Positions 26,285 through 34,451 of a stretch of DNA of 51,368 nt are shown here, piece after piece. The stretch's first letter is position 1, and every line of letters begins with the position of its first letter. Source of the DNA: a virus; IMG/VR virus record IMGVR_UViG_3300045988_135063. The stretch is one strand, 5' to 3'. Made by a program: the position numbers and the translations under genes. The notes below the pieces were generated by a model. It did not search any database, was not told the DNA's origin, and saw only the letters and a program-made list of their open reading frames with translations.

Positions 26285-26504
26285 GTAATACAGATTTTAA
26301 TACAAATCATACCGTTCTATGAATTAATCCCTTTTTTAAAAATTAAAACAAATATTAAGTAAAATACTGCTTTTGATAGATATAGTAATGCAGATTTTAA
26401 TACAAACTTAATCAAGATCAATAAATTAACCACTCCAATATTTAATACAAACTACAATTCTAGGTTATATTAATCAAATTTGTTAATATCAGAATTTAAT
26501 ACAG
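26285..26504. repeat. Array of four TTTAATACA(A/G) repeats, including two 22-mers exactly 100 bp apart
   Basis: gtaat[a/g]cagattttaatacaaa at 26285-26306 and 26385-26406. Shorter copies at 26441-26451 and 26496-26504. Confidence 0.85.
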
Positions 26505-26631
26505 GGGGTAGATGTAAAGTGTAAAATAAAAGCTATGCTCAGAGCCATTTTAAGCTCTTTTAAAATAGCCCCCTGTGTGTTTCATCCTTTACAAAAATAC
26601 TCTCATACAGAGGATTTTTATTTTTTATGGG

Positions 26632-27141
26632 TTAATCCATGAAATCTGGAAACTCACTAACGGAATCTTGTATCTCTATATACTTAGTGTAATCATACAA
26701 TCTGCTATATAATTTTTGATTTACGGTGATAAGCTCATCCAATTCATAACACATTACCCAGAACCAATTATCTATTAAACCGATATAACCCCTGTCCTTA
26801 CAGTTAACATATCGTCTAGTTACTGCTTTTACTCTCCTTTTTAATGTTCGTATTAGTTCTGCAGTCGATGTGTTTATTTGAACTAAGCAGCTATATCTAT
26901 CATCTGATACATCGTAATCATCAACCACCCTAAAAAAACGGAATTTACCATCGTGGGTATCTTTGATTATATTCAACATAGTAACCTCTATGTTGAATAG
27001 CTCAGACAGTTTTAAGTCACCTAACTCAAACCTGTATCTTTCAACGAATACCCCCTCATCATCATCTAACCTATACTCTATACAGTAACCAGTTTTCTCA
27101 TCAAAAACTCTTTTATATCGTTCTCTTAATGCCCTCTCCAT
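26632..27141 (-). CDS. Hypothetical protein (169 aa)
   Basis: Start overlaps the upstream stop (TAATG). No recognisable domain. Confidence 0.6.
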   Translation of the reverse strand: MERALRERYKRVFDEKTGYCIEYRLDDDEGVFVERYRFELGDLKLSELFNIEVTMLNIIKDTHDGKFRFFRVVDDYDVSDDRYSCLVQINTSTAELIRTLKRRVKAVTRRYVNCKDRGYIGLIDNWFWVMCYELDELITVNQKLYSRLYDYTKYIEIQDSVSEFPDFMD

Positions 27142-27665
27142 TATTTACCCCTGTAATATTTCATCCCACTACTTACTTTTTTACGAACTGGTGGTTTAAG
27201 GTTTATATAATTTTCTCCATATTTTAAACAAGCTATTTGCTCCACTAACAACTTATTTCGAGCTATTAATACTGTTATCCTATCATATATATTTTGAAGT
27301 TTATTATTTAATGTAGGGCTTAGATAACCGTTTTTATAGGTTTCGACTACTATTTTATGTAATCTTTTATATTCAATCTTTAGCCTATCAATATTATCCT
27401 GTTCACCTGTATCGGGTAGATAATGTTTTGTTGGGTTTTCTTGGATGTTTTTTATGGACTGTTGCATCATACATTCACAACCGACTAAAGATGTTTCTAA
27501 ACCATTTAGAGCATCATCTAGTTGATTAACTTTTATTAAATCCACTTTACTAGTATTTGCATTATAATCAAATTTTTCAAGTCTAAACAATTCATCATTA
27601 AATCCCTTTTCATATTCAATGCATTTATTATTTTTGCAATCTATTAATTTATATGCTCTCATCAT
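27141..27665 (-). CDS. Hypothetical protein (174 aa)
   Basis: AGGAGG RBS. The N-terminal CIEYEKGFNDELFRLEKF resembles CIEYRLDDDEGVFVERYRF in the downstream ORF. Confidence 0.6.
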   Translation of the reverse strand: MMRAYKLIDCKNNKCIEYEKGFNDELFRLEKFDYNANTSKVDLIKVNQLDDALNGLETSLVGCECMMQQSIKNIQENPTKHYLPDTGEQDNIDRLKIEYKRLHKIVVETYKNGYLSPTLNNKLQNIYDRITVLIARNKLLVEQIACLKYGENYINLKPPVRKKVSSGMKYYRGK

Positions 27666-27712
27666 ATGAACCTACCTCCTACTATATATATTTATATTAA
27701 TCCTTATTATAT

Positions 27713-27741
27713 ATTTTATCAAATTTGTTTTCGTATGTAAA
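27713..27741 (-). promoter_or_regulatory. Sigma-A-type promoter TTTACA-17-TAAAAT
   Basis: Minus strand: TTTACA (27736-27741), TAAAAT (27713-27718). About 45 nt upstream of the 27665 start. Confidence 0.55.
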
Positions 27742-27774
27742 CAAGTATACATATTATACTACAATAATAAACAC

Positions 27775-27800
27775 AAAAAAAAGAGGTATTTTCTACCTCT
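27775..27800 (-). terminator. Terminator after the SleB-like gene
   Basis: 7-bp stem agaggta/tacctct, 5-nt loop, 8-nt A-run. Confidence 0.65.
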
Positions 27801-28222
27801 TAGTAACTACTTGTAAATACATGACTACCTATAGTATATTTTATAGGCAATTTCCATAAATCACAATCTCTATCTACATATGTAGCCCAGAAACCTATGC
27901 AATTTCCTATAACATTTTTACCATTTAGGGCATCATGTACTGCTTTCTTTGTACTTTCTTTTGGGGTTATATTTAATCTACCCTTTCTCACCACTTGGAA
28001 TTGATAAGGTTGGTAAATAACCCCTGTTATAGTATCTGGAAACCTTCTATCCTTAACTCTATTTAGAACCACTTGAGCAACTGCTACCCTACCATTATAT
28101 GGCTCTGTACCACTCTCAGCCTCTACTAGTCTATATAATAAATCCAGTTCCTCATCTGTAATATTATATTTAGTCTTTTGAGGTTTTACAGATTGAGCAA
28201 AGGATGATTTATTTTTTACCAC
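27800..28222 (-). CDS. Cell wall hydrolase, SleB/CwlJ (Hydrolase_2) family
   Basis: 140 aa. LLYRLVEAESGTEPYNGRVAVAQVVLNRV...GVIYQPYQFQ is typical of the family. Confidence 0.75.
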   Translation of the reverse strand: MVKNKSSFAQSVKPQKTKYNITDEELDLLYRLVEAESGTEPYNGRVAVAQVVLNRVKDRRFPDTITGVIYQPYQFQVVRKGRLNITPKESTKKAVHDALNGKNVIGNCIGFWATYVDRDCDLWKLPIKYTIGSHVFTSSY

Positions 28223-28237
28223 CCTTTGCTGCTCCCT

Positions 28238-28519
28238 TCATTCTTTGATCTTCAACTCTTTTCTCAACTCGTTTATTGTAGCTTTATTATCTTTTATCTT
28301 AATCTCTAATCTTTCTATCTCAGCAGTAGATTTATTTACATACTGAGTTAATTGTTGATTATGTTTATTTAATCTATTTACCTCTAGCCTGTATCCCTCT
28401 ATACCACTCTTTAACTCGGTATTTTCTTTACCTTGTTCTATGTAATGATACATACCCACAATATTACTCACTAATAAACCTGTTATCATTCCTAATACTA
28501 ATATTTTTCTAATCCTCAT
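28238..28519 (-). CDS. Membrane-anchored coiled-coil protein (93 aa)
   Basis: N-terminal TM helix followed by a heptad-rich region. Confidence 0.55.
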   Translation of the reverse strand: MRIRKILVLGMITGLLVSNIVGMYHYIEQGKENTELKSGIEGYRLEVNRLNKHNQQLTQYVNKSTAEIERLEIKIKDNKATINELRKELKIKE

Positions 28520-28890
28520 TATTTTTGCTCCTTTTCTCTAGTACTTTTCTTTTCCCTTCTACCTCTAGTAATATTTAAGTGGTCTAAAGTATCATTTATA
28601 ACTGCTATCTGCTTTCTACCCCTTCTCTTTATTTGGTGAACTGAAAGTACAGGATATTCTGTTTTAGATACTTTATCTACATCCTTAGATTTTAATATGT
28701 CTGCTAAAAACCACTCAGTTAGTAAATATAATAAAGGTTGTGGCATATATTCTCCTACCTCTACAAAATACTCCTCTGTTATATCTATTATTTTTCTCTT
28801 TTTACTATCAAGATCAATTGAATGTTTTATAATTTCCTCTATTCTATATGTATACCTATTATTTATGCTATTGATTAGGCATCTACTCAT
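28519..28890 (-). CDS. Hypothetical protein (123 aa), basic C-terminus
   Basis: ORF coupled to its neighbours by overlapping start and stop. Confidence 0.55.
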   Translation of the reverse strand: MSRCLINSINNRYTYRIEEIIKHSIDLDSKKRKIIDITEEYFVEVGEYMPQPLLYLLTEWFLADILKSKDVDKVSKTEYPVLSVHQIKRRGRKQIAVINDTLDHLNITRGRREKKSTREKEQK

Positions 28891-29212
28891 TACAAGACAC
28901 CTCCCCCCAGACTTTTAATACCTTTCTTATCTTATCTTTTGACCTTTTCACATTATTAAAAGTTGCTTGGGTAGTGTAATTATACATTTTGGCAATCTCC
29001 TCAAGTGTATATCCTTGTATGAAATACAGGTTAAAGACATCTAATTGTGTTTTTGTTAATTTTGCCTTTTTAATTAATATTTCCATATCAACAATGGTAT
29101 CTATTACATCAAAATTACTTGTATAATATGCCTGTTCCTTTAACATTGGTAAATTTTTTACTGTACTGTATACAGTCTTTTCATTGTAACGTATATTACT
29201 TTTATTGCTCAT
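28883..29212 (-). CDS. Sigma-70 region-4-like / late transcription regulator-like protein
   Basis: 109 aa. LTKTQLDVFNLYFIQGYTLEEIAKMYNYTTQATFNNVKRSKDKI matches the region-4 HTH pattern. Confidence 0.5.
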   Translation of the reverse strand: MSNKSNIRYNEKTVYSTVKNLPMLKEQAYYTSNFDVIDTIVDMEILIKKAKLTKTQLDVFNLYFIQGYTLEEIAKMYNYTTQATFNNVKRSKDKIRKVLKVWGEVSCNE

Positions 29213-29738
29213 CTAATAATTTATTTATTATATTTAGTACCTCCCTTTGTAATTCCTCTATAGTTCCATTATTAACTATTGTTATATCAGCCTCTACTAC
29301 TTCGGAAAACTGCTCCGTTTCGTGGCTTAAATCTTCTAGGTTAAACACATCCCCAGAGTTTAGCATTCTTGATAATCTAACACCCTCATCTGCCTCTATT
29401 TTGATTATCGTAAATCCATTTTCTTTTAATGCTTTTACCTCGTTTTCTTGTCTAACATCGGTTATAACTATTCTGTGATAATCTTCTTTTTGCACAGTCT
29501 TTAGTAGATAGTTAACCCATACATCAGCATCTAGTTTTCTCATGGATTGACCTATATATTGATAGTGTTTTCTAGGTTTACCTTGTTCTCTAGCAGTTGG
29601 AAAATATTTATCTATTATCTCACCTATACCATCAGCAAAAGCATATTTTTTAAAGTCATATTCATTAATAAGCCATTCCCCTATGGTATCCTTACCACTC
29701 CTCATTTTCCCTATTAAGCCAATCTTTAACTTTTTCAT
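29202..29738 (-). CDS. Deoxynucleoside monophosphate kinase-like P-loop protein
   Basis: 178 aa. N-terminal GLIGKMRSGKDT P-loop, with layout as in phage dNMP kinases. Confidence 0.55.
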   Translation of the reverse strand: MKKLKIGLIGKMRSGKDTIGEWLINEYDFKKYAFADGIGEIIDKYFPTAREQGKPRKHYQYIGQSMRKLDADVWVNYLLKTVQKEDYHRIVITDVRQENEVKALKENGFTIIKIEADEGVRLSRMLNSGDVFNLEDLSHETEQFSEVVEADITIVNNGTIEELQREVLNIINKLLDEQ

Positions 29739-29768
29739 ATGTAAACACCTCCATATTTTTTTACATAT

Positions 29769-29798
29769 ATACAGTAAGCGAAAAATAAAAGTGTTTAC
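29769..29798 (-). promoter_or_regulatory. Phage-type promoter-like motif (site g): GTAAAC-N17-ACTGTAT
   Basis: Minus strand: GTAAAC acttttatttttcgctt ACTGTAT. About 30 nt upstream of the 29738 start. Confidence 0.5.
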
Positions 29799-29810
29799 TG
29801 AAATTTACAG

Positions 29811-29839
29811 TTTACAATAATCGAAAATTAGTGTATATT
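29811..29839 (+). promoter_or_regulatory. Sigma-A-type promoter TTTACA-17-TATATT for the XRE gene
   Basis: Plus strand: TTTACA (29811-29816), TATATT (29834-29839). Divergent from site g. Confidence 0.5.
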
Positions 29840-29862
29840 ATAGTTAAGTTTGGGAGATAATT

Positions 29863-29884
29863 GTGTAATCAAGCAATATTACAC
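29863..29884. promoter_or_regulatory. Inverted repeat GTGTAAT-N8-ATTACAC in the XRE leader
   Basis: Perfect 7-bp arms at 29863-29869 and 29878-29884. Confidence 0.5.
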
Positions 29885-29924
29885 TCACCAAACTGGGTAA
29901 TATTGTTTTTGGGGGTAAAAGTAA

Positions 29925-30236
29925 ATGAGAAAAAACATCAAGGATTTAATGTATAGTAGCATTAATAATGACTTAAAGGATTTAGTGGATAGGCATGGAG
30001 AAATAACAGTTAATTGTAAACTGGATGAACTTTTGGAGGAAAGAGGGTTATCACAAAAAGAGTTTTCTAAAATGTCTGGACTTAGAGAAAACATTATCTC
30101 GGAGTTTAAAAATCTAAAAAAACACAATATTAATTTGGGTACTTTGGTAATTATTATGTGTGTTTTGGGAATAACAGATATAACAGATGTATTAGAGATT
30201 GAATTTGGATTACGAAATTTACATCATATGGTATAA
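29925..30236 (+). CDS. XRE-family HTH regulator (candidate lysogeny repressor)
   Basis: 103 aa. LDELLEERGLSQKEFSKMSGLRENIISEFKN. One of only two plus-strand genes. Confidence 0.7.
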   Translation: MRKNIKDLMYSSINNDLKDLVDRHGEITVNCKLDELLEERGLSQKEFSKMSGLRENIISEFKNLKKHNINLGTLVIIMCVLGITDITDVLEIEFGLRNLHHMV

Positions 30237-30270
30237 AAAAAAGAGGAGGCATTTAGCCCCCTCTTTTTTA
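30235..30270. terminator. Bidirectional terminator
   Basis: agaggaggc/gccccctct stem flanked by an A-run and a T-run. Confidence 0.6.
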
Positions 30271-30783
30271 TTGTATATGTTCAGATGGTATTGTATTAGT
30301 TTCTAACTCTCCAACTAGCATATCATTTAGGTAATATCTTAATACATATATATCCTTCTCTATATGTCTATATACCTTTTCTGCCTTACCGTCAACCTCT
30401 AAAGTTGAAAGTAACTCAAGTTCATTATCATCATACTCAGATGCTATAGTTTTAATTTGTGAGTAGTCCATTTCCTCACCCTTCATAACTGACCTAGTGT
30501 AATCATCTAAAAAAGATGCTTTACTATTATTTACAGTCCTATCTATCTTACCTTTTTTATCTAATGCAGTTTTAACCGTAAATAACTCATCTAATCCTCC
30601 ATGATTTACAGTTAATGCTTTTTCCTCACCATCTACCATAAATACAACCATACAAGATAAATCTCTTATTTTATACTTTGTGTCCTTTGGTAAATTAGCC
30701 TTTTCTAATACCTCTGTCACAACCTCTTTTATTAAACTATTAGCTTTTGTAGATGCTACTGTTCCTATTGTTTCAATTCTCAT
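30268..30783 (-). CDS. Hypothetical protein (171 aa)
   Basis: ORF with a GGAG RBS. No recognisable domain. Confidence 0.55.
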   Translation of the reverse strand: MRIETIGTVASTKANSLIKEVVTEVLEKANLPKDTKYKIRDLSCMVVFMVDGEEKALTVNHGGLDELFTVKTALDKKGKIDRTVNNSKASFLDDYTRSVMKGEEMDYSQIKTIASEYDDNELELLSTLEVDGKAEKVYRHIEKDIYVLRYYLNDMLVGELETNTIPSEHIQ

Positions 30784-30792
30784 ATCTTTCTC

Positions 30793-31083
30793 CTACCTAT
30801 CATACCATTTTTTTAAACAGTCCATATCACAGAAAACATTATCCATTTCATCCTTTATATAGGTTTCTGGTAAATAATCATTACAACAATCACAATACTT
30901 TATTAGTTCTTGTTCTTCTACACCATAATATTTTTCAACACACTCCTCACTACAAAGTAAACCGTGTTCAAGCTCTATATAGGCATCACCTTCTATAAAC
31001 TCTCCACATTCTTCGCATTGATTAATGACTACACATTCTGGTATTTTTGTAATATAATCATCAATTATTTGTTGCTCTCTCAT
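30793..31083 (-). CDS. Tandem TRASH/FCS-type zinc-finger protein
   Basis: ATG at 31081-31083 after AGGAGG. CEECGEFI...LLCSEEC and CDCCNDYL...VFCDMDC. Confidence 0.5.
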   Translation of the reverse strand: MREQQIIDDYITKIPECVVINQCEECGEFIEGDAYIELEHGLLCSEECVEKYYGVEEQELIKYCDCCNDYLPETYIKDEMDNVFCDMDCLKKWYDR

Positions 31084-31112
31084 AAGATCCTCCTGTTTAA
31101 TTTTTTTCATAT

Positions 31113-31142
31113 ATACAGTAAGGGGTATTTTTAAATGTTTAT
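31113..31142 (-). promoter_or_regulatory. Phage-type promoter-like motif (site c): ATAAAC-N17-ACTGTAT
   Basis: Minus strand: ATAAAC atttaaaaatacccctt ACTGTAT. Confidence 0.45.
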
Positions 31143-31161
31143 TAAAATAAAAAAAGAGTGC

Positions 31162-31341
31162 CTAATTATTGCACCCTCTTAGTCTTTTTATTACTACTAT
31201 ATCATCTGTATTTAATATAAAATCAATTAAATCTTTCATATTTTTAAAACCTTTCATATACATAGTTCTATAACCTAGAAACCTATATAGTAAAAATACA
31301 TCTGATGTTAAACCATCGACCTCTATAATTTTTTCCTTCAT
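31162..31341 (-). CDS. Hypothetical protein (~59 aa)
   Basis: GAGGTG RBS. Start may be the ATG at 31341 or the GTG at 31344. Confidence 0.45.
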   Translation of the reverse strand: MKEKIIEVDGLTSDVFLLYRFLGYRTMYMKGFKNMKDLIDFILNTDDIVVIKRLRGCNN

Positions 31342-31387
31342 CACTATCTCACCTCATTTATAATTTAGGGGGAGTATACCCCCTATT

Positions 31388-31567
31388 TTATTTTGAATAT
31401 GGCTCTAAAAGTTTAGTCAATATATCTATATCATTAAAATCGTGTCTGTATAGATCAATCTGCTTATTATTATTTGTGTTTATGATTGATATACCACCAT
31501 CTACTATTTCAACTAATTTATAATCCTTATATATACCTCTTAAATCATTTATTATATTTAAATTCAT
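31388..31567 (-). CDS. Hypothetical small protein (59 aa), not in the ORF track
   Basis: The ATG overlaps the polA stop (TAATG). Translates to MNLNIINDLRGIYKDYKLVEIVDGG... Confidence 0.4.
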   Translation of the reverse strand: MNLNIINDLRGIYKDYKLVEIVDGGISIINTNNNKQIDLYRHDFNDIDILTKLLEPYSK

Positions 31568-33867
31568 TATATTATGCTCCTATCCTCTATCCACTCTTTG
31601 AATGGGACACCTTGCCCCCATCTTTTACTTATTTCAATATCACATTTAAACGGTATTGATAGCCTTACTGCATCCCTCTGTATTTCAGATATTTTTAAAA
31701 TCTGTTCCTTAGTTGCATTCTCAGGTATTTCTATTAATATCTCATCGTGTATAGTTGCCAACATTCTCCACTCGTCCCCAAGTGTTCTCAAGTGTTTCTC
31801 TACTTCTACCATAGCTATTTTCATAATATCGGCACTCGATCCTTGAATGACTGCATTTACCGACTGCCTATTTACTCTCATATACTCCTTTGATAGCTCC
31901 CAGTATTTTGTTTTTAACTCTCTAGGCACATTCTTCTCAGTCCAAATATTAAACTTTTCCTTTTTAACTATCTCCTGTACTCTTTTTTCTACTGCTTTAA
32001 ATCTTTTGGCTACTTGAGGATGTCCAATAAATCTCCTTTTTCTTCCGAGCATAGTTTCAACATAACCTTGAGCATCTGCCTCATCGTGTTTACCTTCTAT
32101 GAATCTTGCTACATCCTCATAACTTGAGTAAAAGTCCTCTATTATTTGCTCTGCCTCCTCGACAGTTATGCCTACCTGTTGACTTAATGTAAATGCAGAG
32201 GTCCCGTACATTGTTGCTAATAATACTACCTTTGAAAGTTTCCTCCATTTAGAGCCATCTCCACACTCCTCTATAGGTTTCTTAAATACTGTAGATGCCA
32301 AAGATGAGTATAAATCTTTGCCTGTTAAATAAGGCTCTTTTAATTTATCATCTTTAGCCATATGGCTTAATACCCTCGGCTCGATCTGTGAGTAGTCGCA
32401 ACCCATGATAATTTTACCCTCTGGGGCAACTATTAACTTTCTAGCATCATACGGTAAATTTTGTAGATTCGGATTATTAGATGCAAATCTACCTGTAGCA
32501 GTAGCACTTTGATTAAATGAGCCATGCAATCTGTTGTCCCTCTTACATACCTTTTGAGGTAGTGGCTCTATGTAAGTAGTTAATAATTTATTTAAAGCTC
32601 TATACTCTAAAAGCCTCTCAATATATTTAACCTCTGGATGATCCTTTGCCTCTTTTTTTACTATCTCTTTTAAAGTTGCTGCATCGACCTTACTTTTATA
32701 TTTATCCTCTATTCCCCACACATTATAAATGATATTTCCTAACTGTTGGTTAGAGTTTATATTTGTATCTACCCCAAAGCCTTCTTTAATTTCATTCTCT
32801 AATAGTTCAATCTTGACCCTCAAGTCTTGCCCATAGTCCTCTGCAAAATTTAAATCAATGGCAAATCCATTCTTCTCCATTTCATAACATATATTTGTTA
32901 TAGGTAGCTCTACCTTAAAATATAAATTATGTAGTTTCGGCATCTTATTAAAATACTCCATTATCCATAAATGCAATTTATATGTTAGGTGGGTATCTTT
33001 ACAAGCATATACAGTACCTATATCAAGTGGTGTATTCTCAAAACCACCTTTACCGAATAGCTCCTCGTAAGTTAAAGATTTATCCTCAAATCCGAAATGC
33101 TCTCCGTATCGTGTAGCTAGGTTTTTAAGTGCAAAAGATGGCTCATTTTCATTTAATAAATGCATAGCAACCATAGTATCCATAAATAAGCCTTTTAGAG
33201 TAATTCCTTCTTTTCTCAACATATGCATATCGAATTTAGCATTATGTAAGACCTTCTTTAAATCCTCATTCTCTAAAGGATTTTTCAAAGCCTCAAATAC
33301 ATATGATGCCTCTAGTTGTTCATCTGATACATTGTGTCTAACAGGTATATAAACGTGTTTATTCGCCTTTGGTAAAGTCATAGATACCCCAACAATAATA
33401 TCATCACCCCAAATATCTACTCCTGTAGTTTCGGTATCTAGTGCTATTATTTCCTCATCCCATAAAAGTTGGCATAGTGCCATTAGTTGGCTCTCTGTAT
33501 CAACTAATACATAATTCTCTGGTTTTTCTTGTACCATCTTTCGGATGATGCCCTCTCTCCTAATCTCTTTTAACTGCTTATACAGATTAAGTGCATGGGA
33601 TTTACTAAACTTAGATAAATCATCAACCCCCAATCCAATCTCACCCTGTTCTATGGCAGTCTTTACATCAAGTAACCTATCTCGATCTGTATCTGTTATC
33701 CTACTCTGGAATATTGCTTTCTTTGTTGATCCTGTGTGTGTAGTGTACCCAGTTTCCCACACCTCCTCCCAAGTAGGAATATATTTTTCTTTCTTCTTAA
33801 TTGCTTTCTTTACTCTCTCGATTTTCTTCGTATCGTTGTTTAAACTTAAATCTATTTTTAAATCCAT
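31567..33867 (-). CDS. polA: Family-A DNA polymerase with 3'-5' exonuclease domain
   Basis: ATG at 33865-33867 after TGGAGG. Exo motifs ALDTETTG and HNAKFDMHML. Pol motifs DYSQIEPRVL, RRKAK-like KVVLLATMYG and QGSSADI...ATIHDE. Confidence 0.9.
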   Translation of the reverse strand: MDLKIDLSLNNDTKKIERVKKAIKKKEKYIPTWEEVWETGYTTHTGSTKKAIFQSRITDTDRDRLLDVKTAIEQGEIGLGVDDLSKFSKSHALNLYKQLKEIRREGIIRKMVQEKPENYVLVDTESQLMALCQLLWDEEIIALDTETTGVDIWGDDIIVGVSMTLPKANKHVYIPVRHNVSDEQLEASYVFEALKNPLENEDLKKVLHNAKFDMHMLRKEGITLKGLFMDTMVAMHLLNENEPSFALKNLATRYGEHFGFEDKSLTYEELFGKGGFENTPLDIGTVYACKDTHLTYKLHLWIMEYFNKMPKLHNLYFKVELPITNICYEMEKNGFAIDLNFAEDYGQDLRVKIELLENEIKEGFGVDTNINSNQQLGNIIYNVWGIEDKYKSKVDAATLKEIVKKEAKDHPEVKYIERLLEYRALNKLLTTYIEPLPQKVCKRDNRLHGSFNQSATATGRFASNNPNLQNLPYDARKLIVAPEGKIIMGCDYSQIEPRVLSHMAKDDKLKEPYLTGKDLYSSLASTVFKKPIEECGDGSKWRKLSKVVLLATMYGTSAFTLSQQVGITVEEAEQIIEDFYSSYEDVARFIEGKHDEADAQGYVETMLGRKRRFIGHPQVAKRFKAVEKRVQEIVKKEKFNIWTEKNVPRELKTKYWELSKEYMRVNRQSVNAVIQGSSADIMKIAMVEVEKHLRTLGDEWRMLATIHDEILIEIPENATKEQILKISEIQRDAVRLSIPFKCDIEISKRWGQGVPFKEWIEDRSII

Positions 33868-33893
33868 AATGACCTCCAAATATTTGTTCAACT

Positions 33894-33923
33894 ATGAAGT
33901 AAATCATTTTAATTATTGTTTAC
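33894..33923 (-). promoter_or_regulatory. Phage-type promoter-like motif (site i): GTAAAC-N17-ACTTCAT
   Basis: Minus strand: GTAAAC aataattaaaatgattt ACTTCAT. About 27 nt upstream of the polA ATG. Confidence 0.5.
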
Positions 33924-33970
33924 TCTTTTGTATTAATTTTTTAAACACAAATTATATAAAGATTTGCAAT

Positions 33971-33995
33971 AAAAAAGAGGCTCTATTAAGCCTCT
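33971..33995 (-). terminator. Terminator hairpin
   Basis: 7-bp stem agaggct/agcctct after an A-run. The stop codon of the upstream ORF lies in the loop. Confidence 0.6.
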
Positions 33996-34312
33996 ATTAA
34001 ATCTAATTTATACAATAAATAATCTTCCTCAAACATCCATTTAAAGCCATATGCTGATTTATTCCTTATTTTCTTATTACGAACACCTCTACAAACTGAG
34101 GAAATTAATGGACTTCCGACCTTTCCAAAGTGTTCTAAAGCCTCTCCTATATAGTCCCATCTTCTCACAAAATCACCCTTTAAAGTTAGTTGTATAATTG
34201 GTTTACAATGTGGGTTATTAATTCCAACATGAATACCTTTTTCTTTCATCGTTCTACTTATTTTTGCTTTATGTTCCTCTGATAAATAATATCCAAATAT
34301 ATCGTATGGCAT
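33986..34312 (-). CDS. Homing-endonuclease-like DNA-binding protein (NUMOD3 plus NUMOD1-like) lacking a nuclease domain
   Basis: 108 aa. LSEEHKAKISRTMKEKG, NNPHCKP and ...SAYGFKWMFEEDY. Confidence 0.5.
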   Translation of the reverse strand: MPYDIFGYYLSEEHKAKISRTMKEKGIHVGINNPHCKPIIQLTLKGDFVRRWDYIGEALEHFGKVGSPLISSVCRGVRNKKIRNKSAYGFKWMFEEDYLLYKLDLIEA

Positions 34313-34451
34313 TTTTAAATTTCTCCTTATGTAATATTTAATTGGGTTTTTATGTAATTATAGATTACTATAATTAATAATCACAGTCAATAATATTATT
34401 ATATTTCCAATTATTACCTTGTATAAAACAAGTCTTTTTTGGGTATACCCA

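Noticed and set aside
26285-26504. Considered as a mini CRISPR array
   Set aside because: There are only two full 22-nt repeats, 100 bp apart, plus partial copies. The spacing is irregular, there are no cas genes, and the repeats are AT-rich and non-palindromic.
29885-30127. Minus-strand 80-aa ORF overlapping the XRE gene
   Set aside because: It is antisense to a well-supported HTH gene with an RBS and promoter. The translation is low complexity and has no RBS.
33545-34000. 151-aa plus-strand ORF across the polA 5' end and its promoter
   Set aside because: It is antisense to polA and runs through a terminator/promoter cassette. It has no RBS.
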